The notes under the pieces are model-generated. The model had not been told where the DNA came from, searched no databases, and saw only the letters and a program-made list of their open reading frames with translations. Shown here in pieces: positions 1 to 7,874 of a stretch of 64,000 nucleotides of DNA. The DNA comes from Acidobacteriota bacterium (lineage in GTDB: Bacteria; Acidobacteriota; Vicinamibacteria; Vicinamibacterales; UBA2999). The stretch's first letter is position 1, and each line of letters starts with the position of its first letter. The translations under genes and the position numbers were made by a program. The stretch covers positions 155 to 64,154 of the forward strand of contig JANNIB010000346.1 in NCBI GenBank assembly GCA_031404695.1, given 5' to 3'.

Positions 1-2
1 CG

Positions 3-95
3 TCGATGCGTCAGGTGCATCGCGCCGGCGAGAAGCTCTTTGTCGATTTCTCGGGCACGCGGCCGTCGCTCTTGGACGCCACGACCGGCGAGGTG
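3..95 (+). mobile_element. IS21-family transposase (IstA-like) internal fragment, truncated on its 3' side; 5' part lies outside the window
   Basis: Frame +3 reads SMRQVHRAGEKLFVDFSGTRPSLLDATTGEV. This is the HRAGEK-FVD-G...D..TGE block I associate with IS21/IstA catalytic cores. The similarity stops abruptly near nt 95, where the hicB 3' end begins. Confidence 0.45.
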
Positions 96-105
96 GCATG
101 CCATG

Positions 106-318
106 TTAGGCGTCGATGTTCACAAGCTGACTCGTGGAGTTTGGCTCTGGCACTGGCTGCCCCTCGCCCCGCAGCCCCTCGACGTGAAACGCGATCGCCT
201 CGCGAATCAGCGTCTCGACCTCTGGCAGAGACTCGCCGACGGCAACGCACCCCGGTAGGTCGGGCACATAGGCCCCAAAACTCGTCAGGCCACGTTGAAT
301 TACGACGAGGTATTGCAT
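106..318 (-). CDS. hicB: HicB-family antitoxin (type II toxin-antitoxin)
   Basis: 70-aa ORF MQYLVVIQRGLTSFGAYVPDLPGCVAVGESLPEVETLIREAIAFHVEG. This carries the typical HicB N-terminal signature (FGAYVPDLPGC..G.T.EE....I.EAI.FH). A GAGGTG RBS sits 5 nt upstream. The region has visibly lower GC than the rest of the window. Confidence 0.85.
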   Translation of the reverse strand: MQYLVVIQRGLTSFGAYVPDLPGCVAVGESLPEVETLIREAIAFHVEGLRGEGQPVPEPNSTSQLVNIDA

Positions 319-327
319 GAGTCCACC

Positions 328-450
328 TCACTTCTTCAACCCAGCGTGCTTCAGAATGCTGTTCAGCGGTTCCCGGCGGTACTTCTACGCTCGATTTCCC
401 AGCAACGGTCACGGTTCCCGGTTTCGTCGGCTGATGGAAGAACGGGACGA
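328..450 (-). pseudogene. hicA: HicA-like toxin remnant, frameshifted near its C-terminus; N-terminal half not recognisable
   Basis: The minus strand reads FHQPTKPGTVTVAGKSSVEVPPGT and then goes out of frame. Removing one base near nt 367 restores LNSILKHAGLKK-stop (TGA at 330-328), the canonical HicA C-terminus, 9 nt before the hicB ATG. Confidence 0.5.
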
Positions 451-591
451 ACGGCGCGAAGAGTGGCAAGTACGCTAGGCCGACCACGCGCTGCGGTTGT
501 ACTTCGTAAACTTTCTGCAACCGCGGACTGGAGTCGCGACGCCGGGAGCTCGGCCGTCGATGCCGACGGCAATGTGAATCCACTTACGGCG

Positions 592-1424
592 ATGGATCAC
601 ATGCGCCGTCGGCTCCGGAGCCGGCACTACGCCTACCGCACGGAGGGCAGCTACGTCGACTGGGCCCGGCGCTTCCTCGCCTATGTGTCCGAACGGCAGG
701 GGCAGCCGGAACCGCGAGTCTACACGCCCGGCGTCCAGGACTTCCTCACCCATCTTGCCGTGAAGCGCCGCGTGTCGTCGAGTTCGCAGAACCAGGCGCT
801 CTCGGCCCTGCTGTTTCTGTGCCGCGAGGTGCTCGGCCTGGAACTTCGCGACCTCTCGCAGGTGGCTCGCGCCAGGCGAGGCAGGCGCCTCCCGGTCGTG
901 CTGAGCGTGCCCGAAACCGTGGCGCTCCTCGGCGCGCTGCGCGGACGGGCCTGGCTCAGGCGGCGCTCATCTACGGTGGCGGCCTTCGCGTGTCCGAGTG
1001 CTGCGAGCTTCGGGTCAAGGATGTGGACTTCGATCAGGGGCTGCTGTTCGTGCGACAGGGGAAGGGCGACAAGGACCGCGCCACGCTGCTCGGCGACGCC
1101 GCCCGCGATCCGCTGCGAGCGCATCTGCGCACGTCCGAGGAATGCTTCGCGACCGACCGCAAAGCGGGTGTCGCCGGCATCAGCGATTCGGTCATTCAGA
1201 AGGCCGTGAAGCTGGCCGCCGCAAAAGCCGGCATTCTGAAGCCCGTGTCAGTGCACACGCTGCGCCACAGCTTCGCCACCCACCTGCTGTTGAACGGCGT
1301 CGACATCCGCCAGATTCAGGACTACCTCGGCCACGCACAGGTCGAAACGACGATGGTCTACACCCACGTCGTGAAGGAGCTGCGCACGCCGGCGCGAAGT
1401 CCGCTCGATGTGCTGTCGGCAGTG
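592..1424 (+). pseudogene. intI: Integron-type tyrosine recombinase (IntI-like), disrupted by a frameshift, an internal deletion and loss of its stop
   Basis: The N-terminal part (frame of ORF 295..1209) reads RRLRSRHYAYRTEGSYVDWARRFLAYV...FLTHLAVKRRVSSSSQNQALSALLFLCREVL. The C-terminal part (frame of ORF 819..1595) reads ALIYGGGLRVSECCELRVKDVDFDQGLLFVRQGKGDKDRAT...HTLRHSFATHLL..G.DIRQIQDYLGHAQVETTMVYTHV...SPLDVL. The frame switches near 945-950. The R, H-x-x-R-H and Y catalytic blocks are present. Confidence 0.7.
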
Positions 1425-1443
1425 CGCCCGCCCGCACGAGCGT

Positions 1444-2141
1444 GGCGCTGCCGGTGGCCGGATCCTCCAAGGTGCCAACCAGCGGCGCGAACATCCGCGC
1501 GGCCAGGGTCGCCGTCCCCGTGCGCGCATACAGGTACAGCGAGAAGCGGCCGTCGAGCCCGGGCGTGGCGTCGAGCATACGGCGGAAGTGGGTGAGGTCC
1601 GGCACCGCGGCATCGAGGCGCGCCGGATCCACTTCGGCGATGACATAGGTGTTGCCAACCGTGGCCGGCGTCGGTGGATGCGCGTGGACCAGCACGTCGT
1701 GTGCGCCCAGGCCGACGCAGGCGGCGATGTCGGCGGCGGCGAGCGTCACGCCGAGCGTGAGGGACTGCGGCGCGTCGATTTCGGCGCCTTGCACCGCGCC
1801 GCCGGCGTACGACAGCCGTACGGTGACGACGCCGGCCGGCACTTCGAGCTGGAAGCGGTCGTGCCGCTCGGCGCTGCCCTCGCCAGCACGAATGCCGTGC
1901 CTACGGTGGGATGCCCGGCAAAGGGCATCTCGTGACTGCGATTGAAGATGCGCACCCGCGCCGTGTGTCCGGGCTGCTCCGGCGGCAGCACGAAGGTGGT
2001 CTCGCTCAGGTTGAACTCGGTCGCCAGCTGATGCATCTGACGGTCTGTGAGGCCAGACGCCTCGGGGAAGACCGCCAGGGGATTGCCGCCGAAGCGCTCC
2101 GATGTGAAGACGTCGAGGGTCTCGAAGTGGTAGGTCGGCAT
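1444..2141 (-). pseudogene. PhzF-family isomerase, frameshifted and truncated at the 3' end
   Basis: The N-terminus [54 protein letters not shown]...[13 protein letters not shown] lies in one frame. [26 protein letters not shown]...RMFAPLVGTLEDPATGSA lies in another (shift near nt 1880). The homology ends at about 1444, and the last roughly 70 aa typical of the family are missing. Confidence 0.7.
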
Positions 2142-2152
2142 GCCGGAGGAAA

Positions 2153-2692
2153 CTAGGTGCAATGCTTGGCGGCCAGTTTGCCGGCCGAGACCATCGACCG
2201 CATCGTCGCGGACTGGCCAATGGCGCGTTCGAACTTGACGAGCGTCAGCTTCGACTCGCCCTGCGAGGTGGTCGACAGCCAGTAGACCTCGCGGCCGCGG
2301 GACGCGAAACGATCGATGTCCGACTGCAGCGCCGCAAGCCCCTTGCGGCCGGCGGCGTCGAGCGAGCCATGCAGAAAGGCCACGATGTGAGCGCCCCCCG
2401 CCTTCGTCACCTCCGCCTCGGTGAACGCCCGATGCGCCGCCGCCGCGACCTCGGCGGTCGTGCGAATCATCGCCGGCACGTCGTAGCCGAGCGCCTTCCG
2501 CAGGTGTGCTTCGACCTTCTGCTCGACGGCGGCCGCATCTTTCGCGTTGGTCGAGAAGATCACGTTGCCGCTGGCGATGAACGTCTCCACCTCCGAGAGG
2601 CCGACCTCAGCGAAGAGGCCGCGCAGCTCGTCCATCTTCACGATGCGGCCGCCGACGTTCACGGCGCGCAGGAACGCGACGTAGCGGGCCAT
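2153..2692 (-). CDS. DUF1697 domain protein
   Basis: 179-aa [39 protein letters not shown] is the DUF1697 N-terminal signature. Confidence 0.85.
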   Translation of the reverse strand: MARYVAFLRAVNVGGRIVKMDELRGLFAEVGLSEVETFIASGNVIFSTNAKDAAAVEQKVEAHLRKALGYDVPAMIRTTAEVAAAAHRAFTEAEVTKAGGAHIVAFLHGSLDAAGRKGLAALQSDIDRFASRGREVYWLSTTSQGESKLTLVKFERAIGQSATMRSMVSAGKLAAKHCT

Positions 2693-2695
2693 CCC

Positions 2696-3829
2696 TCAGA
2701 CGCTCCAGATGTCGCGCAACACGCGATGGAAGTTGCCGCCGAGGATCCTCTCGATCGTCGCCACCGGGTGTCCGCGCCGGGCCAGCAGCTCGGCCACGCC
2801 TTCGAGGCGCCGTGGGTGATTCAAGGCCGGCAGGAACAGCGGCCGGTCTTCGTCTGGGGCGGCGCTCTTGCGCGCGGCACGGCCCTCGGCGAAGGTGCGT
2901 TCCACCTTCAGATACTCCGGCGTCTCCTCGATCGGCGTGATGCTCAGATCGCTGCCGATGCCCACGTGGTCGACGCCGCAGACCTTGAGCGCGTGCTCGA
3001 TGTGCCGCGCCAGCGCCTCTTCGTTGGTGGCCTGCTTCGGGCCGGCGAATCCCCCCAGAAACGGCATGAGATACACGCCGAGCACGCCGCCCTTGGCGGC
3101 CATGGCCTTGAGCTCGCGGTCTTCCTTGTTGCGCGGATGGCGGTAGAGCTCGCGGCAGCCCGAGTGCGTGATGAGCGGTGGCTTCGCCGACGCCGCGATA
3201 CCGGTGGCGGTAGTGCGGGTGCCGCAGTGGCTGAGGTCGACGGCGATGCCCAGCGTGTTCATGCGCTCGACGGCTTCGAGGCCCAGCGTGCTGAGGCCGG
3301 CGTCGCCCGGCTCGAGGCAGCCGTCGCCGATGAGATTTCGCACGTTGTAGGTGAGCTGGATGATGAGCACGCCCAGGCGCCGGAACATTTCCAGGCGCGA
3401 CAGATCGCGTTCGAGCATCTCGGTGTCCTGGAAACCGAGGATGAGGCCCAGCTGTCCGGTCTGCTTCGCACGGGCCAGATCGTCGTGCCGCCTGATGATC
3501 GTGAGCAGCGACGGGTAGCGCGTGGCCTCGCCGGTCCAGAGCGCGATGTTGGCCACGGTGGGCTCAACACGATCGGCGCTGACGGTGGCGTTGATGGCGG
3601 TGATGCCGCACTTCGCGATGTTCGCCCGCTGCGCCTCGGTCAGCGGCCCGCGCGGCGGCCACGGCACGTTCATCGCACCCGGACTGGCCAGCCCGTCGAT
3701 GCAGATGGATCGCGCGTAGATGGAGCGCGCCGCCTCGGCAGTGACCCCCGCCTGCATCGCCCGCCCTCGCGCGCCGAAGGCCGGCACGGCGGTGGCCATC
3801 GTGATCCCGAACTCGCGTCGATTCAGCAC
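2696..3829 (-). CDS. Peptidase M19 (renal/membrane dipeptidase) family protein, apparently with a non-canonical metal site
   Basis: 377-aa ORF with a Tat-like RREF N-terminus. M19 blocks are present: GIAVDLSHCG, PLITHSGCRELYRHPRNKEDRELK and VDHVGIGSDL. The N-terminal IDGHND block reads IDGLAS (see findings). Confidence 0.8.
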   Translation of the reverse strand: MLNRREFGITMATAVPAFGARGRAMQAGVTAEAARSIYARSICIDGLASPGAMNVPWPPRGPLTEAQRANIAKCGITAINATVSADRVEPTVANIALWTGEATRYPSLLTIIRRHDDLARAKQTGQLGLILGFQDTEMLERDLSRLEMFRRLGVLIIQLTYNVRNLIGDGCLEPGDAGLSTLGLEAVERMNTLGIAVDLSHCGTRTTATGIAASAKPPLITHSGCRELYRHPRNKEDRELKAMAAKGGVLGVYLMPFLGGFAGPKQATNEEALARHIEHALKVCGVDHVGIGSDLSITPIEETPEYLKVERTFAEGRAARKSAAPDEDRPLFLPALNHPRRLEGVAELLARRGHPVATIERILGGNFHRVLRDIWSV

Positions 3830-3915
3830 GGCTGGCAGTCTCCTGCGGCATGAGTATACCGGCCGCGGCGAGCGGTTCCGGAGGGACGAGTAGAATGACG
3901 GCGTCTGGAGATTCC

Positions 3916-5082
3916 ATGCTGCGTCTCACCTTCGTCGTTGCCACGGCTCTCGCCCTCCTGCCCGTTCTCCCTGCTGCCGCGCAGCCTGCCGGGCCGGCGT
4001 CCACACCGCGGTCGCCGTGGCGGGCCGCCGACGGCGTGACGGTGGATGAGGCCGGCGATCCGCAGTACTCGACTTTCTCGCTGTGCGCCATCGATCCGGC
4101 GACCGGGCAGTCGGGCGCGGCGGTGACGACGCGGGTGCCATTCGTGGGCCGCGCGGTGCCGTGGGTGCGCGCCGGCATCGGCGCCGTCTGCACGCAGGCC
4201 TCGACGATGGTGGAATACGGCGTGCGCGGCCTCGACCTCATGGCCAAAGGCGTCGAGCCGCAGGCGGCGATCACGCAGTTGCTCGCCGACGACGCCGGCC
4301 GCGAATCGCGCCAGCTCGGCATGATCGACATGCAGGGCCGCGCCGCCGCGCACACCGGCAAGAGCAACAGCTTCTGGGCCGGCAGCCGTCAGGGGAAGAA
4401 CTACACCGTGCAGGCCAACATCATGGTCGGCCCCGAGGTGATCGAGGCCGTGGCCACCGTGTTCGAAGTCACCGAGGGCAGCAGCATGCCGCTGGCCGAG
4501 CGCATGATTCTCGCCCTCGAGGCCGGACAGGCCAAAGGCGGCGACAGCCGCTGGGGCAACCTGCAGTCGGCGGCGATCCGCGTTGCCGATCCGAACGATC
4601 CGGGCCGCGGCAACGACTTCATCGCGCTGGCCATCGAGGTGGGCGAGCATGCCGAGCCGGTCGGCGAGATGAAACGCATCTACTACACGACGCAGCGCCG
4701 TCTTGGCTACCGCACGTTCTCGCAGGTGGAAGGCCCGGATGTGGTCGAGCTGAAGCGCATGCTGCACGCGGTGGGCGTGTGGCGGCCGTCGCTTGCGGCG
4801 TTCCCCGAATCTCCAAAGGCGCCGAACGCGCGTGAAGTGCAGGAGCTGCGCCGGTCCAACCCAACGCAGGCCGACGCGATGCAGGCCAGCGCGCGCCGCG
4901 CCGCCGCCGACTACGCCCGCGACTACGCGCAGTTCGATGCCGAGACCATCGCCGCGGTGGACATTTTCCGGCTCGCGCACAAGCTCAACTACTCCGGGAA
5001 CCCGCCGGGACTGGTGGACGAGCGGCTCGTGGCGGCGCTGCGGGCGGCGTACCGGGACCGGCAGAAGACGTCACCGCGGTAA
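3916..5082 (+). CDS. DUF1028 (Ntn-hydrolase-like) secreted protein with a C-terminal peptidoglycan-binding-like domain
   Basis: Signal peptide MLRLTFVVATALALLPVLPAAAQ. Family blocks STFSLCAIDPATGQSGAAVTTR..VPWVRAGIGAVCTQA and GGDSRWGNLQSAAIRV are present. A GGAGA RBS precedes the ATG at 3916. The ORF track starts earlier, at 3850. Confidence 0.8.
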   Translation: MLRLTFVVATALALLPVLPAAAQPAGPASTPRSPWRAADGVTVDEAGDPQYSTFSLCAIDPATGQSGAAVTTRVPFVGRAVPWVRAGIGAVCTQASTMVEYGVRGLDLMAKGVEPQAAITQLLADDAGRESRQLGMIDMQGRAAAHTGKSNSFWAGSRQGKNYTVQANIMVGPEVIEAVATVFEVTEGSSMPLAERMILALEAGQAKGGDSRWGNLQSAAIRVADPNDPGRGNDFIALAIEVGEHAEPVGEMKRIYYTTQRRLGYRTFSQVEGPDVVELKRMLHAVGVWRPSLAAFPESPKAPNAREVQELRRSNPTQADAMQASARRAAADYARDYAQFDAETIAAVDIFRLAHKLNYSGNPPGLVDERLVAALRAAYRDRQKTSPR

Positions 5083-5123
5083 AGCGGAGGGCGCGTTGAG
5101 GCCACCCGAGCCTCGGAGCCCGG

Positions 5124-6158
5124 CTACTTGAAGAGGCTCTTCGGCACCTTCACGTGCACGCCCATGGTGGGCCGGTCCACCAGCTGCGTCACGGCCACGT
5201 GCCCGGCGACGCTCACGAGCTGGTAGGCCTGGTGTTTCGTGAGTCCGCGCGTGCGGGCCAGGTAGTCGACCATTTCCTGGACGGCGATGCGCGTGGCGAT
5301 CGTCAGGTCCGGATCGGCGCCCATGCTGATGTAGTCGGTGGGCGTCTCGGCCCGCGGCCAGTTGAGTGACTCGCCCCTGCGCACGGTGAGCCTGAGACGG
5401 CCCCGCAGTGAGGTCTCGATGCCCGTCTGACTCACTTCCCCGTCGCCCTGCGCCGCGTGTCCGTCGCCAACGGCAAAGAGCGCCCCGGGCACGAACACCG
5501 GGATGTAGAGCGTGGATCCGGCGGTGAGCTCACGGTTGTCCATGTTGCCGGCAAAGCGGCTCGGGGGATTGCTGCTGACGCGGCCGACCGCCGCCGGCGG
5601 CGCCACGCCCATGCTGCCGAAGAACGGGCGGAGCGGCACCATGACGCCGGGGAAGAACTCGGCCGTCATCGCCGCGCGGTCGAGCGGCACGATCTTGATG
5701 GGCACGCTTTTGTCGCAGTTCTCGGGCAGGAAGCCGCTGCAGCCGTTGTAGCCGTAGTCGAGCGCCAGGTCGATTGCGAGCACCTGCACTTCGAGGACAT
5801 CGCCGGGCAGCGCGCCCTCGACGTAGACCGGTCCGGTGAGGATGTGCCCGCCGGGTCCGCGTCGATCGCCGGTCACCTCGCTGACGATGCGGCGCAGCGA
5901 CGCCTGCACCTTGTCGGGCGCCACACCGGCCCGTTCGAGTCCGGCCGGAGTGTTCGTGAGCAGCGTGTCGACGTCGAGGACATCGCCCGACGCGATGCGC
6001 AGCGCCGGCGCCGCGTCCGCCCAGTAGTAGCCGTAGGCCACGGTGGACGGCGTGGCTTCGAGACGGTGCGTGCGTGGTGTCTGTGCGAGAAGCGAGGGCG
6101 CAGCCAGCGCCGCGGCCAGCGCCAGGGCGGCGAGCGCCCGCGACCGCGCAGGTCTCAT
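5124..6158 (-). CDS. Acetamidase/formamidase family amidohydrolase, secreted
   Basis: Signal peptide MRPARSRALAALALAAALAAPSLLAQ. FmdA/AmdA-like blocks GPVYVEGALPGDVLEV, GNMDNRELTAGSTLYIPV and GDGHAAQGDGEV are present. The start overlaps the upstream stop (ATGA at 6155-6158). Confidence 0.85.
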   Translation of the reverse strand: MRPARSRALAALALAAALAAPSLLAQTPRTHRLEATPSTVAYGYYWADAAPALRIASGDVLDVDTLLTNTPAGLERAGVAPDKVQASLRRIVSEVTGDRRGPGGHILTGPVYVEGALPGDVLEVQVLAIDLALDYGYNGCSGFLPENCDKSVPIKIVPLDRAAMTAEFFPGVMVPLRPFFGSMGVAPPAAVGRVSSNPPSRFAGNMDNRELTAGSTLYIPVFVPGALFAVGDGHAAQGDGEVSQTGIETSLRGRLRLTVRRGESLNWPRAETPTDYISMGADPDLTIATRIAVQEMVDYLARTRGLTKHQAYQLVSVAGHVAVTQLVDRPTMGVHVKVPKSLFK

Positions 6159-7825
6159 CGCGCGTCCGGACGCTCGGCCGTCGTCTCGGCGGTGGCCGGC
6201 TTGACGAAGCGCTTGAAGAAGCTGGCCTCTTTCCACTGCGGACGGGCGTCACGGTTCGCCACCCGCACGCACAGGTCGCCGATCATCTGCGTGAAGTCGG
6301 CGGCGGCGCTGCGATCGATCGGCTGGTCGAGATCGTCGGCCGGGCCGTGGTAGCGCTGGCGGGTCCAGTCGGCGGCGACCTTCGCCTCCGGTGATCCCTC
6401 GTCGTAGCCGACCTTCATCGCCAGCGCCGGCACGCCTTCGCGGATGAAGCTGTACTGGTCGCTGCGGATGAAGCGGTTGCGCTGCGGTTCCGGATCCGCC
6501 TGCACGCCGATGTGCATGGCCGTCGCCACCGCCCGCACGTCGTCGCCCAGGTCCGACTCGTCGAGCCCGAGCACCATCAGCGACTTCATCGGGAAGAGCG
6601 GCAGGAACATGTCCATGTTGATGTTGGCCACGATGCCGCCCTTCGGCACGGTCGGGTTGAGCGCGTAGTAGCGCGATCCGAGCAGGCCCTTCTCTTCCGC
6701 CGTGACCGCGACGAACACCACTGACCGCTTCGGCCGGGCCGCCACCACCGCCTTGGCCGACTCGAGCAGCGTGGCGATGCCAGACGCGTTGTCCATGGCG
6801 CCGTTGTAGATGGCGTCGCCCTCGCTCGAGGCGCCGATACCCACGTGGTCGAGATGCGCGGTCAAGACGACGAACTCATCGGCCAGATCGGGATCGGCCC
6901 CACGGACGATGCCGGCGACGTTCTGCGATTCCACCATCTGGCTGTCGACGACCACCGTCGCCTTCACCGAGGTGGGCAGCACGAAGTGCGGCAGCGCCTT
7001 GCCTTCGTCGGCGATCTTCAGGATCTCGGCAAACGTGTGTCCCGAGCCCTCGAACAGGCGCTCGGCCCTGGCGGGATTGAAGGCCACCGAGATCTGCTGA
7101 CCGGCGGTCTCGTCGAGCGAGGCGTCCGCAAGGGCCATGGCGGGGTTCAGGCGGTTGGGCGCCGAGCGCTCCCACGGCACGTCCATCGACTTCGGGTTGG
7201 CCACCGCGATGGTGCCCACCGCGCCCAGGCGGCGCAGCGTGGCCCAGCGTTCGCCGGCCGACTGGTAGTGCGCGCTGAGCGCACCCGGCACGTGGCGGGG
7301 GCTGCCGGAGAGATAGACGACCACCTTGCCCTTTACGTCGAGGCCGGCGAAGTCGTCGTGCTCCACTTCGGGGATGACCAGGCCGTGGCCGGCGAAGACC
7401 AGCGGCGCGTCCACCAAGGGCGCCGGGTCGATGCGCATGCCGAAGGTGGCGTCGTCGCCGAGCACGAGGTCGGCTTCCTTGCCGCGGCGCACCAGCGTCA
7501 GGCTCGACTTCGACTCGTCGATCTTGCGCGAGCGGAAGGTCACCGGCTGCATGAAGCCGTTGCTGCCGGCCGGCTGCACGCCGGCCCGAGCCAGTTGATC
7601 GGCCACGTAGTTGGCGGCCTTGCGATGCTCGGGACTGCCGGTTTCACGGCCGCGCATCTCGTCGGTGGCGAGAAACGACACGTGCGCCCACCAGGCGGCA
7701 GCCTCTTCGGGGGGCGCGGCCGCGCCGGTGGCGGCGGCGCCGGTGCCGGCGGGTGCCGGCGGCGGAGGTGCGCAGGCCGTGCACGACGCGGCCACGAGCA
7801 AAATGAGCAACAGACGAACCGTCAT
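6155..7825 (-). CDS. Peptidase M28 family aminopeptidase with PA domain, signal/lipoprotein-like N-terminus
   Basis: N-terminus MTVRLLLILLVAASCTAC. M28 blocks VVLTAHLDHVG, NGAMDNASGIATLLE and FVAVTAEEKGLLGSRYY are present. Confidence 0.85.
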   Translation of the reverse strand: MTVRLLLILLVAASCTACAPPPPAPAGTGAAATGAAAPPEEAAAWWAHVSFLATDEMRGRETGSPEHRKAANYVADQLARAGVQPAGSNGFMQPVTFRSRKIDESKSSLTLVRRGKEADLVLGDDATFGMRIDPAPLVDAPLVFAGHGLVIPEVEHDDFAGLDVKGKVVVYLSGSPRHVPGALSAHYQSAGERWATLRRLGAVGTIAVANPKSMDVPWERSAPNRLNPAMALADASLDETAGQQISVAFNPARAERLFEGSGHTFAEILKIADEGKALPHFVLPTSVKATVVVDSQMVESQNVAGIVRGADPDLADEFVVLTAHLDHVGIGASSEGDAIYNGAMDNASGIATLLESAKAVVAARPKRSVVFVAVTAEEKGLLGSRYYALNPTVPKGGIVANINMDMFLPLFPMKSLMVLGLDESDLGDDVRAVATAMHIGVQADPEPQRNRFIRSDQYSFIREGVPALAMKVGYDEGSPEAKVAADWTRQRYHGPADDLDQPIDRSAAADFTQMIGDLCVRVANRDARPQWKEASFFKRFVKPATAETTAERPDAR

Positions 7826-7874
7826 ACGTGGCTCCCCGAATCTGGTGTCCGCGCGTTGGACCGGCGTCGCCGGT

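Noticed and set aside
1425-1595. Continuation of the IntI-like frame (RPPARAWRCRWPDPPRC...) as a possible novel C-terminal domain.
   Set aside because: The stretch is the antisense of the PhzF coding sequence and is Arg/Pro/Ala-rich. It is best explained by loss of the recombinase stop at a deletion junction.
2162-3853. 563-aa plus-strand ORF, and similar long ORFs at 8943..10631, 10514..11743, 25829..27187, 29133..31847, 31879..33585, 54705..56963 and 57367..59691.
   Set aside because: All lie antisense to genes with clear family signatures. Their translations are Arg/Gly/Ala/His/Pro-rich strings typical of non-coding frames in roughly 70 % GC DNA, and no motif is recognisable.
5094-5116. 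Possible terminator hairpin between the convergent DUF1028 and formamidase genes.
   Set aside because: The stem is only about 5 bp (GAGGC/GCCTC) with no U tract, which is too weak to call.
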